From: Eledone cirrhosa
Taxonomy: Eukaryota
Length of the DNA stretch: 64,000 nucleotides
Direction: 5' to 3'
NCBI GenBank assembly: GCA_964016885.1
Contig: OZ024758.1
Coordinates: forward strand, 1 to 64,000
The notes under the pieces are model-generated. The model did no database searches. It had not been told where the DNA came from and was given only the letters and a program-made list of their open reading frames with translations. The translations under genes and the position numbers were made by a program. Positions 12,536-27,149 of this stretch are shown in pieces. Each line of letters starts with the position of its first letter. The first letter of the stretch is position 1.

Positions 12536-15500
12536 TTGTTCAGTGGCTAAATACAGTCAAAGAAAAATATAATTGCTTTTCTTTCTCAGAGTTAAGTCAG
12601 CGAAGGTAACGCACCACTAACAAAATCCCCTCTCCTACTAAAATGGTCAATGACCAATCCAGCAGATAAACAATTATATTAAGAAAAAAAATTTCTTTTT
12701 AAACAACCAAACGACAATTAAATATTTACTGTTGAATGTCTGTTTGTGGGCTTATGTAGGGTCGGGCATCTCATAAATTTTTCCGTATTTACGCAGAGTA
12801 ATATAGATAAAAATACATCAACAACAAACACTATATTGTCTCGCACTTTAAAGGATTCGCTTTTGCAATAAAACAGGGAATCAATAAACTATCTGATTCC
12901 ATTAATATTTTATATTATATTGGCATCTCCTTGGCAGCGAACTCAAACTGCTGGGCCTGCATGCTTCTCTCATCTTATGCTTGCACTTCATTGATTTCAC
13001 TGGAACAATCCGCAACTACTCTTTCTGTTTATTCTCGGGGATGTCTTTTCTAACCAATGCATTCATCATTACATCATGCAAATTTTCCACAGCTTCTTTC
13101 ACATCGGTCAAATTTTCAATCTTAATTCGGCACAATTTCAACATCTTTTGACTGCATCACACAGTATTCAGTCAATTAGTTTTTCTTCGTTTCCTATTCT
13201 TATATTGCAAAAACATATCCATAAAAGTGCGAGATAATATAGCGAGTGTTCATATATTTTGCTTATCTACATTATAATCACTCGACAGCTCCTTGGCAAC
13301 ATATCCATGCATGCATGTGTGTACTTGTATATCGTAATTTCGATGTCTAGTCTTCAACAGACGCTTACCACTGTCCGAGACAACCAGCCTTGAATATTGA
13401 GTTTTATCAAACAACTAAATTTCCTGCTAAGAGGGGAAACAACTCGTAATTTTATTAAAATATCCAAGAGTAAACTCCCTTTGCTAATTGAAATATTGCA
13501 TATACATTTGTAGACGTATAAACACAAAAACACTATACACAATAACATGTGTACATGTATACATACATAGACATATGTACACATACATGACAATATACTA
13601 CAGCCGGAACTTGCAACACCTACATCACAACTAAAGCGCAACTATTTCAACGCTGGAAATCTAGCTAAACTTATCAGAGCTACAAATAATAATGTCAGAG
13701 TAAAAAGAAATATAAATTAAGCTTTTTAATCAAACGAATCTTAGGAAATATATAAAATATAACCGGTAGCAATGTAATCCATCTTAGCAATTAATTTTTT
13801 TGACAGACAACTCCTTTGGTAGGGTACCAAGATCTGTCATATGGTGGTGCCTAACAAAACTAGGTGGTGAGGGCCGTGTAGGCTTTGTACAGAGGTGCTG
13901 TCAGTAACAGATGCGTTTAAAACTGGCTGTCCGTGGCGATCTGGTTCTTATAGCAGAATCAGTAAACAAGCTAGAGAAGAAATGCTGTCTATGGAATCAG
14001 TAGTTGGAAGCAAGAGGACAGAATAAAAACATAGAAAAGGGGACATGCTCACTATGTTGAAAAGGAGTTGGGATAAATTCTATAAAATATACGCAATGCA
14101 CATCTGGGGTACACAACATATGTAGTGGGATAGCAAGCAAACAGGTAGTGAAAACTACATGTACAGAGAAATTTCACAGTAGAAGTACCAGTGATAGAAA
14201 CAGTTTTCAAATGAAGGTGGGTTCTATACAAGTGGTTCGTACCTTCTGCTACATAGATGAGCAGATTAGAAAGAGAGGAGTCTACTACGAGGCCACAGTA
14301 TCTACAATAAAGATGGGTTGGAAGAAGTGAGACATGGCCAGCAATTGCAGAGAATATGCCAAGGCTGGCAGAGAATATGCCAAGGCTGGCAAAGAAATGA
14401 AGGAAGCATGCTCCATTAGATGTTCGTCAACCATCAAGCAGAGATGAGTTGAGAGAGAAAATGGGTATGAGTTGTGGAGTGCTGGAGAGAAGAATAAGAT
14501 GGTTTGCTGGGGAAACATGTGCCAAGAAATTCCAGTAGAAGGAAGACGCAGTAGAGGAAGACTAGGAAAAACATAGACGGGGGTGGTGAGAGCAGACCTC
14601 AAATCGCTAACGATCACCAGCGAGGTGACCAACGACCAGTATAAGCCGAGAGAGGCGGTGCCCAATAGTACATGTCCCACACTTGAAAGCGAACGTATGA
14701 TGATGATGATGATGATGATGACTGTGCAAATGTTTCCTTATTTCTGCATAAAAAGTAATATACATCATCTTCAACAAACACTATATTGTCTTTAGCTTTC
14801 AACAATACCATTTCGCAATAAAATATGAAATAAGAACAAACTGATTCTCTAATATTTATTATATTGGCATCTGCTTCGCTGCTTATCTCCGACTGCTGGG
14901 TCTGCATTCTTGTCTCGTCTGTTATGCTTGCACTTCGTTGCTTTTCACAGGAACAATCAACAACTACTCTTTCTAACTCTTAAAACCTTGCTCTAGCTTC
15001 AAATGTTCACTCTCGGGGATGTCTTTCCTATGGACTGCATTCTTCACTCTTTTCGACATCTTTCCAGTTTCTTCACATCGGTCAAATCTTCAATCTGCAC
15101 AATTTCCACTTCTTTTCACATCTAGGTCTTTCTATTCTATACATCAGTTAGTCTTAGTTTCAAGTTCTTATATTGTAAAATAATATCTTTCAACATGGGA
15201 GACAATATAGCACTTGTTGCTGAAGATAGACTTTTATCATCTATATTATTCTCTCTCCAGCTACCAGTTAACATATCCATGCATAATATTTGCATGTGTG
15301 TCGTCATGTGTGGATATTTGAGAAAAAGATGATAAAAAGATATATACATGGAGGAGGAGAGTGACTTGGTGGTAGAACAATATGGTAGATGAGCCAGTTA
15401 AGGCTAAGAGACAGGCATGGAAAGAATGGAAAAACAGGGCACATTACATAGAGACCAGGAGCGAAGCTAGGCGACAAGTATACTTAGCTAGAAGGGAGGT

Positions 15501-18500
15501 AGAGGATAGGAATTTCAAGCATGTTTTGCAACACGAGGAAAAGAAACAGGTGTTCCAGAGAGAATTGTGATGTCATTGGACAAAAGTGTATCCAGAATGA
15601 TAAAGGTCAGCTTGCACTCACAATTTCTGAGGAGATGCGTGGAAGAGCCAGTATGAAAGATTACTAAATGGAGAGAATGCATGGGAAAAAGATACCATAC
15701 CCAAAGTGAACCCTATAGAGGGGCTAGCAGAACAAGTCAGCAGCAATGTAGTATGGCAATCAAAGATATGAAGACGGGGAAGGCAACCGGTCCATCGGGT
15801 ATAGCTGCCGAGACGCTCAAGGCATCTGGGTCGGTAGATCAGACCATAACCACACGTATTGTTAACTAGGTAATACTAAAGGGCGTCGTACCAAACGATT
15901 CGTGCAGCAGCATCATGGTCAACTGATACAAAGGTAAAAGTGATGCACTAGATAGAGGAAACTATAGAGGTATAAAGCTGATGGACCAGGTCATGAAAGT
16001 AACAAAGAGTTGGAGCACAGTTGATTAGGAACAGGGTGAAAATACATGATATGCAATTATGCTTTGTACAAAAAAAAAGGCACCACTCATGTCCTCAGCT
16101 TTGTGAGGCAGTTACAGGAAAAGTACCTAGCTAAAAGTAAGCCGCTCTACCTGGCATTTGTCGAAATGGAAAAAGCCTTCGACAGAGTCCACCATGCTAT
16201 AATCTGGTGGGCTCTTAGAAAATTTGAAGTAGATGAATAGCTTATGAGGGCTGTACAAGCCATGTATAAAGAAACAATCAGCAGTTATCAATGACTAGAG
16301 CGAGGAATTTAGCATGCAGGTCGGTGTACACCAGGGCTGTTCTTAGCCCTCTCCTTTTTATCATAGTCCTGCAGGCAATAACAGGAATTTAAAACCGGAT
16401 GTCAGATTATAGTCTAGACCATTTTAGTACACAACTATGAGATGCCCTCCACAGCCAAGAACACTGGGCAGATCAGGTGGCTGTTACAAAAACTGCATAT
16501 TGAGACAGGACCCTTTGCCAGAGAGGAGCTTCAGAGAGCAAAAAAAGAAGATAATGGAGGGCAAGGCCCATGGAGAAAATCGAGTGGCTACAGGTCATGT
16601 AGAGTTGTGATTTTCATATCTTGGAGTTCTGGAGAAACGAGTTGCCCTGAACCAGTGGACGATCAGTAACTTCGTGCCACTGCCAAAGAAGGCAGATCTC
16701 TCTAACACCAACTACAGGGGGACCTCACTTGTGGCAAAGACCCTCAACAGGGTGTGATTCTTAAGAGAATCCAGCCCTACATGGACAAAAAGCTCAAACA
16801 ACCACAACAGCTTCAGAGATAAAGATCAACCAACGGTCACATCTTGATGAAGATATTTGAGCAAATTGCCTATAATTCTGACGATCGTCACTGCCTGATC
16901 AAGATTTTTGTGGAATACAAAAGTATCACTGCTCTACACGAACACTAAAGCCAAAGTCATTACACCCGAGTGCTCCAAGGAGCTACACCCATTGTTCAGT
17001 GGCTAAATACAGTTAAAGAAAAATATAATTGCTTTTCTTTCTCAGAGTTAAGTCAGCGAAGGTAACGCACCACTAACAAAATCCCCTCCTACAAAAATGG
17101 TCAATAACCAATCCAGCAGATAAACGTAATTATATTAAGAAAAAAAATTTCTTTTTAACAAAGGACAATTTTTACTGTTGAAGGCCTGTTTGTGGGCTTA
17201 TGTAGGGTCGGGCATCTCATAAATTCAGTATTTACGCAGAGTAATATAGATAAAAATACATCAACGACAAACACTATAGTCTCGCACTTTAAAGAATTCG
17301 CTTTTGCAATAAAACAGGGAATCAATAAACTATCCGATTCAATAATATTTTATATTATATTGGCATCTGCTTGGCAGCGAACTCAAACTGCTGGGCCTGA
17401 ATTCTTCTCTCTCGTCTGTTATGCTTGTACTTCATTGATTTTCACTGCAACAATCACCAGACACTTAGCACTGACCGAGACAACCAGCCTTGACAATTGT
17501 TTTATCAAATAACTAAATTTCCTGCTAAGAGGGGTGAAAGCAGACCTCAAATCGCTAACGATCACCAACGACCGGTATAAGTGGAGAGGCGGTGCTCAAT
17601 AGTACATGTCCCACACTTGAAAGCGAACGTATGATTATGAAGATGACTGCAAATGTTTCCTTATTTCTGCATAGAAAGTATACATCATCTTCAACAAACG
17701 CTATATTGTCTTTAGCTTTCAACAATACCATTTCGCAATAAAACATGAAATAAGAACAAACTGATTCTCTAATATTTAATATTATATTGGCATCTGCTTC
17801 GCTGCTTATCTCCGACTGCTGGGTCTGCATTCTTGTCTCGTCTGTTATGCTTGCACTTCGTTGCTTTTCACAGGAACAATCAACAACTACTCTTTCTAAC
17901 TCTTAAAACCTTGCTCTAGCTTCAAATGTTCACTCTCGGGGATGTCTTTCCTACGGACTGCATTCTTCACTCTTTTCGAAACATGTTTCCAGTTTCTTCA
18001 CATCGGTCAAATCTTCAATCTTCAATCTGCACAATTTCCACTTCTTTTCACATCTAGGTCTTTCTATTCCATACATCAGTTAGTCTTAGTTTCAAGTTCT
18101 TATATTGTAAAATAATATCTTTCAACATGGGAGACAATATAGCACTTGTTGCTGAAGATAGACTTTTATCATCTATATTATTCTCTCTCCAGCTACCAGT
18201 TAACATATCCATGCATAATATTTGCATGTGTGTCGTCATGTGTGGATATTTGAGAAAAAGATGATAAAAAGATATATACATGGATGAGGAGAGTGACTTG
18301 GTGGTAGAACAATATGGTAGATGAGGCAGTTAAGGCTAAGAGACAGGCATGGAAAGAATGGAAAAACAGGGCACATTACAGAGAGACCAGGAGCAAAGCT
18401 AGGCGACAAGTATACTTAGCTAGAAGGAAGGTAGAGGATAGGAAATTCAAGCATGTTTTGCAACACGAGGAAAAGAAACAGGTGTTCCAGAGTGAATTGT

Positions 18501-21500
18501 GATGTCATTGGACAAAAGTGTATCCAGAATGATAAAGGTCAGCTTGCACTCACAAGTGCTGAGAAGATGCGTGGAAGAGCCAGTATGAAAGATTACTAAA
18601 TGAGGAGAATGCATGGGAAAAAGATACCATACCCAAAGTGAACCCTATAGAGGGGCTAGCAGAACAAGTCAGCAGCAATGTAGTATGGCAATCATAGATA
18701 TGAAGACGGGGAAGGCAACCGGTCCATCGGGTATAGCTGCCGAGATGCTCAAGGCATCTGGGTCGGTAGATCAGACCATAACCACACGTATTGTTAACTA
18801 GATAATACTAAAGGGCGTCGTACCAAACGATTCGTGCAGCAGCATCATGGTCAACTGATACAAAGGTAAAGGTGATGCACTAGATAGAGGAAACTATAGA
18901 GGTATAAAGCTGATGGACCAGGTCATGAAAGTAACAGAGTTAGAGCACAGTTGATTAGGAACACGGTGAAACTACATGATATGCAATTGTGCTTTGTACC
19001 AGGAAAAGGCACCACTCATGTCCTCACTTTTGTGACGCAGTTACAGGAAAAGTACCTAGCTAAAAGTAAGCAACTCTACCTGGCATTTGTCGAAATGGAA
19101 AAGGCCTTCGACAGAGTCCACCATGCTATAATCTGGTGAGCTCTTAGAAAATTTGAAGTAGATGAATAGCTTATGAGGGCTGTACCAAGCCATGTATAAA
19201 GAAACAATCAGCAAAGTTAGGGTTATCAATGACTAGAGCGAGTAATTTAGCATGCAGGTCCGTGTCCTGCCAGTGCAAACTTGATGGCAACCAACCTAAC
19301 GTTAAGGGAGAATCCAGAAAAGATGTGGACCAAGACCTAGATTGATTTTTTTCTGGTGAGGAAAAAGCAGCGCAATAGTGTTCTCAACACAGAACCATAC
19401 AACTATTTCAGTACACTGTGACAGTGGACACATGCTTGTTATGAGTGAGGTCCGAGTGAGCTTAAGAAAGAGCAAGGCTACACCAACAGTATAATCTATG
19501 ACTGGGGAACGTTCAAGGAACATAAGCTACAGAAGAGGTTCACAGGAGAAGTGAGCAACAGGTTCAGTGCTCTGTGTGGAGAGTTTAACAAAGAGGTACG
19601 GCTACTTGAACAATGCAGTAGCAGAAGCAAGTGAGACACTGATGCTGAGGAGAAAGAAGAGGAAGCATGTCAGTTCTGCAGACCAGAAAGTGTGTGCAGC
19701 CTGCCAAGGACCAATTTATGTGCTGATCCTATGGAGAGGATGAACACAGTGGAGGTGATGAGGGAAGCACTCTGTACCGCTTACACTGACGCCAGAGAGG
19801 AGGCACTAAAGTGTTAAGAGAACGGTTGACAGTTGGATGATCAACGAGATCACATGGAGGAAAGGTCAGATCCAGGAAACAGATCCAGAGGATAGGAAAA
19901 AGGAAATGGCTGAACCATTTTAGAACACAACTATGAGATGCCCTCCACAGACAAGAACACTGGGCAGATCAGGTGGCTGTTACAATAACTGGATATTGAG
20001 ACAGGACCCTTTGCCAGAGAGGAGCTTCAGAGAGCAAAAAAAGAAGATAAAGGAGGGCAAGGCCCATGGAGAAAATCGAGTGGCATCAGGTCATGTAGAG
20101 TTGTGATTTTCATATCTTGGAGATCTGTAAAAAGGGACTGGAGAAACGAGTTGCCCTGAACAAGTGGACGATCAATAACTTCGTGCCACTGCCAAAGAAG
20201 GCAGATCTCTCTAACAGAAACAACTACAGGGGGACCTCACTTGTGGCAAAGACCCTCAACAGGATGATTCTAAAGAGAATCCAGCCCTGCATGGACAAAA
20301 AGCTCAAACAACCAGAACAGCTTCACAGATAGAGATCAACCAACGGTCACATCCTGATGCTGAAGAAGATATTTGAGGGAGCTAAAGCAAATTGCCTATA
20401 ATTCTGACTATCGTCACTGCCTGATCAAGATTTTTGTGGAATACAAAAGTATCACTGCTCTACACGAACACTAAAGCCAAAGTCATTACACCCGATGGTT
20501 CTTCGAGTTACTGCTTGGATTGCTCCAAGGAGCTACACCCATTGTTCAGTGGCTAAATACAGTTAAAGAAAAATATAATTGCTTTTCTTTCTCAGAGTTA
20601 AGTCAGCGAAGGTAACGCACCACTAACAAAATCCCCTCTCCTACTAAAATGGTCAATGACCAATCCAGCAGATAAACAATTATATTAAGAAAAAAAAATT
20701 TCTTTTTAAACAAAGGACAATTAAATATTTACTGTTGAATGTCTGTTTGTGGGCTTATGTAGGGTCGGGCATCTCATAAATTTTTCCGTATTTACGCAGA
20801 GTAATATAGATAAAAATACATCAACGACAAACACTATATTGTCTCGCACTTTAAAGGATTCGCTTTTGCAATAAAACAGGGAATCAATAAACTATCTGAT
20901 TCCATTAATATTTTATATTATATTGGCATCTCCTTGGCAGCTAACTCGAACTGCTGGGCCTGCATGCTTCTCTCATCTGTTATGCTTGCACTTCATTGAT
21001 TTTCACTGGAACAATCCGCAACTAGTCTTTCTGTTTATTCTCGGGGATGTCTTTTCTAACCAATGCATTCTTCATTACATCATGCAAATTTTCCACAGCT
21101 TCTTTCACATCGGTCAAATTTTCAATCTTAATTCGGCACAATTTCAACATCTTTTGCCTGCATCACACTGTATTCAGTGAATTAGTTTTTCTTCGTTTCC
21201 TATTCTTGTATTGCAAAAACATATCCATAAAAGTGCGAGATAATATAGCGAGTGTTCATAGATTTTGCTTATCTACATTATAATCACTCGACAGCTCCTT
21301 GGCAACATATCCATGCGTGTACTTGTATATCGTAATTTCGATGTCTAGTCTTCAACAGACGCTTACCACTGACCGAGACAACCAGCCTTGAATATTGAGT
21401 TTTATCAAACAACTAAATTTCCTGCTAAGAGGGGAAACAACTCGTAATTTTATTAAAATATCCAAGAGTAAAACTCCCTTTGCTAATTGAAATATGGCAT

Positions 21501-21623
21501 AAACATTTGTAGACGTATAAACACAAAAACACTATACATAATAACATGTGTACGTGTATACATACATAGACATACTATTTCAACGCTGGCAATCTAGCTA
21601 AACTTATAGCTACAACTAATAAT

Positions 21624-21809
21624 TGTTTCTACTTTTGGCACAAGGCCGGCAATAACCCAGTACATTACTGGTACTTTATTTTATCCACCCCGTAAGGATG
21701 AAAGGCAAAGTTAACCTCGGCGGGATTTGAACTCAGATCGTAAAGGGACGTAACTCTTTAAGTCAAAGCATGGCGTCCGACCCTCCACCGATACTGCCAA
21801 CCCACCGCC
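21624..21809 (-). mobile_element. Full-length tRNA-derived SINE with 17-bp target site duplication
   Basis: Minus strand has A-box-like TGGCAGTATCGG and B-box GAGTTCAAATCC; TSD TAGCTACAACTAATAAT at 21607-21623 and 21810-21826; empty site in unit 1 (~8545-8565). Confidence 0.93.
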
Positions 21810-24800
21810 TAGCTACAACTAATAATGTCAGTAAAAGCTTTTTAATCAAACGAGTCTTAGGAAATATATAAAATATAACCGGTGGCAATGTAATCCATCT
21901 TAGCAATTAATTTTGTTGACAGACAACTCCTTTGGTAGGGTACCATGATCTGTCATCTGGTGGTGCCTAACCAAACTAGGTGTTGGGGAATGTCTTGTGA
22001 GGGCAGTGCAGGCTTTGTACAGAGGTGCTGTCAGTAACAGATGCGTTTAAAACTAGCTGTCCATGACGATCTGGTTCTTATAGCAGAATCAGTAAAGAAG
22101 CTAAAGAAGAAATGCTGTCTATGGAAACAGTAGTTGGAAGCAAGAGGACAGAATAAAAACATAGAAAAGAGGACATGCTCCCTATGTTGAAAAGGAGTTG
22201 GGATAAATTCTATAAAATATACACAATGCACATCTGGGGTACTCAACATATGTAGTGGGATAGCAAGCAAACAGGTAGTGAAAACTACATGTACAGAGAA
22301 ATTTCACAGTAGAAGTGACAGTGATAGAAACAGTTTTCAAATGAAGGTGGGTTCTATACAGATGAGCAGATTAGAAAGAGAGGAGGCTACTACGAGGCCA
22401 TAATATCTACAATAAAGATGGGTTGGAAGAAGTGAGACATGGCCAGCAATTGCAGAGAATATGCCAAGGCTGGCAAAGAAATGAAGGAAGCATGCTCCGA
22501 CGACCGAGCAGAGATGAGTTGAGAGAGAAAATGGGTATGAGTTATGTGCAGGAGAGAAGAATAAGATGGTTTGCTGGGTAAACATGTGCCAAGTAATTCC
22601 AGTAGAAGGAAGACTAAGAAAAACAGACGGGTGGTGAAAGCAGACCTCAAATCGCTAACAATCACCAACGAGGTGACCAACGACCGGTATAAGTGGAGAG
22701 GCGGTGCTCAATAGTACATGTCCCACACTTGAAAGCGAACGTATGATTATGAAGATGACTGCAAATGTTTCCTTATTTCTGCATAGAAAGTATACATCAT
22801 CTTCAACAAACGCTATATTGTCTTTAGCTTTCAACAATACCATTTCGCAATAAAACATGAAATAAGAACAAACTGATTCTCTAATATTTAATATTATATT
22901 GGCATCTGCTTCGCTGCTTATCTCCGACTGCTGGGTCTGCATTCTTGTCTCGTCTGTTATGCTTGCACTTCATTGCTTTTCACAGGAACAATCAACAACT
23001 ACTCTTTCTAACTCTTAAAACCTTGCTCTAGCTTCAAATGTTCACTCTCGGGGGTGTCTTTCCTACGGACTGCATTCTTCACTCTTTTCGAAACATCTTT
23101 CCAGTTTCTTCACATCGGTCAAATCTTCAATCTTCAATCTGCACAATTTCCACTTCTTTTCACATCTAGGTCTTTCTATTCTATACATCAGTTAGTCTTA
23201 GTTTCAAGTTCTTATATTGTAAAATAATATCTTTCAACATGGGAGACAATATAGCACTTGTTGCTGAAGATAGATTTTTATCATCTATATTATTCTCACT
23301 CTCCAGCTACCAGTTAACATATCCATGCATAATATTTGCATGTGTGTATATTTGAGAAAAGGATAATGATAAAAAGATATATACATGGATTAGGAGAGTC
23401 ACTTGGTGGTAGAACAATATGGTAGATGAGGCAATTAAGGCTAAGAGACAGGCATGGAAAGAATGGAAAAACAGGGCACATTACATAGAGACCAGGAGCA
23501 AAGCTAGGCGACAAGTATACTTAGCTAGAAGGGAGGTAGAGGATAGGAATTTCAAGCATCTTTTGCAACACGAGGAACAGAAACAGGTGTTCGAGATTAC
23601 GAGGCAGTGTGTCAGAGAATTGTGATGTCATTGGACAAAAGTGTATCCAGAATGATAAAGGTCAGATTGCACTCACAATTTCTGAGGAGATGCATGGAAG
23701 AGCCAGTATGAAAGATTACTAAATGGGGAGAATGCATGGGAAAAAGATACCATACCCAAAGTGAACCCTATAGAGGGGCTAGCAGAACAAGTCAGCAGCA
23801 ATATAGTATGGCAATCAAAGATATGAAGACGGGGAAGGCAACCGGTCCATCGGGTATAGTTGCCGAGATGCTCAAGGCATCTGGGTCAGTAGATCAGACC
23901 ATAACCACAAGTAATGTTAACTAGATAATACTAAACGATTCGTGCAGCAGCATCATGGTCAACTGATACAAAGGTAAAGGTGATGCACTAGATAGAGGAA
24001 ACTAGAGAGGTATAAAGCTGATGGACCAGATCATGAAAGTAACGTAAAGAGTTATAGCACAGTTGATTAGTACCTAGCTAAAAGTAAGCCACTCTACCTG
24101 GCATTTGTCGAAATGGAAAAAGCCTTCGACAGAGTCCACCATGCTATAATACGGTCGGCTCTTGGAAAATTAAAAGTAGATGAATGGCTTATGAGGGCTG
24201 TACAAGCCATGTATAAAGAAACAATCAGCAAAGTTAGGGTTATCAATGATTAGAGCGAGGAATTTAGCATGCAGGTCCGTGTACACCAGGGCTGTTCTTA
24301 GCCCTCTCCTTTTTATCATAGTCCTGCAGGCAATAACAGGAATTTAAAACCGGATATCAGCTTATAGTTCTACCAAGGGAGACAGTGATGTGAATGCAGA
24401 GGAATTTCATGAGATCTGTAGAGCTGTCAACACCACACAAGCTCAAAACATCATTCTTCTGAGGGACTTCTATGCACATCTGAGTAAGGAGAGCAGTGAA
24501 GATCCGCGCTGGTAATTCCCTAACACCAACCGAAATGGAAGACTACCGACAGACGCCATGCTGGATGCAAACTTGATGGCAACCAACCTAACGTTAAGGA
24601 AGAATCCAGAAAAGATGTGGACCAAGACCTAGATTGATTTCTTTCTGGTGAGGAAAAAGCAGCGCAATAGTGTTCTCAACACAGAACCATACAACTATTT
24701 CAGTACACTGGGACAGTGGACACATGCTTGTTATGAGTGAGGTCCGAGTGAGCTTAAGAAAGAGCAAGGCTACACCAACAGTATAATCTATGACTGGGGA

Positions 24801-27149
24801 ACTTTCAATGAACATAAGCTACAGAAGAGGTTCACAGGAGAAGTGAGCAACAGGTTCAGTGCTCTTTGTAGAGAGTTTGACAAAGAGGTACGGCTACTTG
24901 AACAATGCAGTAGCAGAAGCAAGTGAGACACTGATGCTGAGGAGAAAGAAGAAGAAGCATGTCAGTTCTGCAGACCCAAAGGTGTGTGCAGCCTGCCAAG
25001 GACCAATTCTGTGCTGATCCTATGGAGAGGATGGACACAGTGGAGGTGATGAGGGAAGCACTCTGTACCGCTTACACTGACGCCAGAGAGGAGGCACTAA
25101 AAGTGTTAAGAGAACGGTTGACAGTTGGATGATCAACGAGATCACATGGAGGAAAGGTCAGATCAAGGAAACAGATCCAGAGGATAGGAAAAAGGAAGTG
25201 GCTGGACCATTTTAGAACACAACTATGAGATGCCCTCCACAGCCAAGAACACTGGGCAGATCAGGTGGCTGTTACAAAAACTGAATATTGAGACAGGACC
25301 CTTTGCCAGAGAGCTTCAGAGAGCAAAAAAAGAAGATAAAGGAGGGCAAGGCCCATGGAGAAAATCGAGTGGCATCAGGTCATGTAGAGTTGTGATTTTC
25401 ATAGCTTGCAGTTCTGTAAAAAGGGACTGGAGAAACGAGTTTCCCTGAACCAGTGGACGATCAGTAACTTCGTGCCACTGCCAAAGAAGGCAGATCTCTT
25501 TAACAGCAACAACTACAGGGAGACCTCACTTGTGGCAAAGAACCTCAACAGGATGATTCTTAAGAGAATCCAGCCCTACATGGACAAAAAGCTCAAACAA
25601 CCAGAACAGCTTCAGAGATAAAGATCAACCAACGGTCACATCCTGATGCTGAGGAAGATATTTGAGGGAGCTAAAGCAAATTGCCTATAATTCTGACTAT
25701 CGTCACTGCCTGATCAAGATTTTTGTGGAATACAAAAGTATCACTGCTCTACACGAACACTAAAGCCAAAGTCATTACACCCGATGGTTCTTCGAATTAT
25801 TGGTTGGAGTGCTCCAAGGAGCTACACCCATTCTTCAGTGGCTAAATACAGTCAAAGAAAAATATAATTGCTTTTCTTTCTCAGAGAGTTAAGTCAGCGA
25901 AGGTAACACACCACTAACAAAATCCCCTCTCCTACTAAAATGGTCAATGACCAATCCAGCAGATAAACAATTATATTAAGAAAAAAAATTTCTTTTTAAA
26001 CAAAGGCCAATTACATATTTACTGTTGAAGGCCTGTTTGCGGGCTTATGTAGAGTAATATAGATATAAATACATCAACGACAAACACTATATTGTTTCGC
26101 ACTTTAAAGGATTCGCTTTTGCAATAAAACGGAATCGACATTATCCGATTCCCTAATATTTCATATTATATTGGCATCTGCTTGGCAGCGAACTCCAACT
26201 GCTGGGCCTGCATTCTTCTCTCTTGTCCGTTATGCTTGTACTTCATTGATTTTCACTGCAACAATCACCAACTACTCTTTCTATGTTTATTCTCGGGGAT
26301 GTCTTTTCTACCCACTGCATTCTTCACTACATCATGCCAACTTTCTACAGCTGCTTCACATCGGTCACATCTACGATCTTAATTCTGAACAATTACCATA
26401 AATATATATTTTGTCTGCATCAATCAGTTTGTCTTCGTTTCCTATTCTTATATTGCAAAAGCGTATAAAAAAAAAAATATAGCGTTTCCTCAAGATAACC
26501 GTAACTATATTACTTTCACTCTCCAGCTTCCTGGTAACATAACCATATATTAAGTTTTAATGCATGTGCCTACTTGTATACCGTAATTTCTGTCTATATT
26601 TATGAGGAAAAAGGTTAGATATTGACAAGATGATATAAATATATATAGCTATTCAGTTTTATATATACCCCCCCCCCCACACACACACACAACCACAAAC
26701 TAAAACTAAACCCAAATAATTCATCTAGAAATTAATGAACCCCGTCGTATCTGCTTCGAAATGATATTCAAACAAATAGAAACTAAAACTTACTATATCA
26801 CTAACGTGCTGCATTAAATAGACATGAAAAAACACCCGTCTCAATTTTACGATGAAAACCGATATAATAAATTAAGCCTAAGCTTAATTAGTAAAGTAGT
26901 CTTCAGCAGAAACAGACAAGGCATAAATTCAATGACAGTTTTATCAAACAACAAAATTTCTGGCTAAAACGGAAAATAAAATATTTTTATTAAAATATAC
27001 TACAGTAATTTCCCTTTGCTAATTAGAATGTTGCATAAACAGATTTCTACGGTGATATAAACACAAACCCGATACACACCAACATATATTATTATATTGT
27101 ATTTATATATTATATATATATACATGTGTATATAGTAGACATTTATTAC

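Larger units (their letters stand above)
7560..27075. repeat. Subtelomeric composite tandem array: 4 units plus a partial fifth (~5.15, 4.45, 3.55 and 5.3 kb)
   Basis: Marker GATAAAC(..)AATTATATTAAGAAAAAAAATTTCTTTTT at ~12665, 17120, 20670, 25965; recurring near-identical ORF fragments (MVDEAVKAKRQAWKEWK at 10193/15382/18314/23419; MGKRYHTQSEP at 10454/15681/18613/23736). Confidence 0.95.

Noticed and set aside
21700-21809. tRNA gene (A/B boxes)
   Set aside because: tRNA-derived SINE head with body, tail and TSD; no cloverleaf evident
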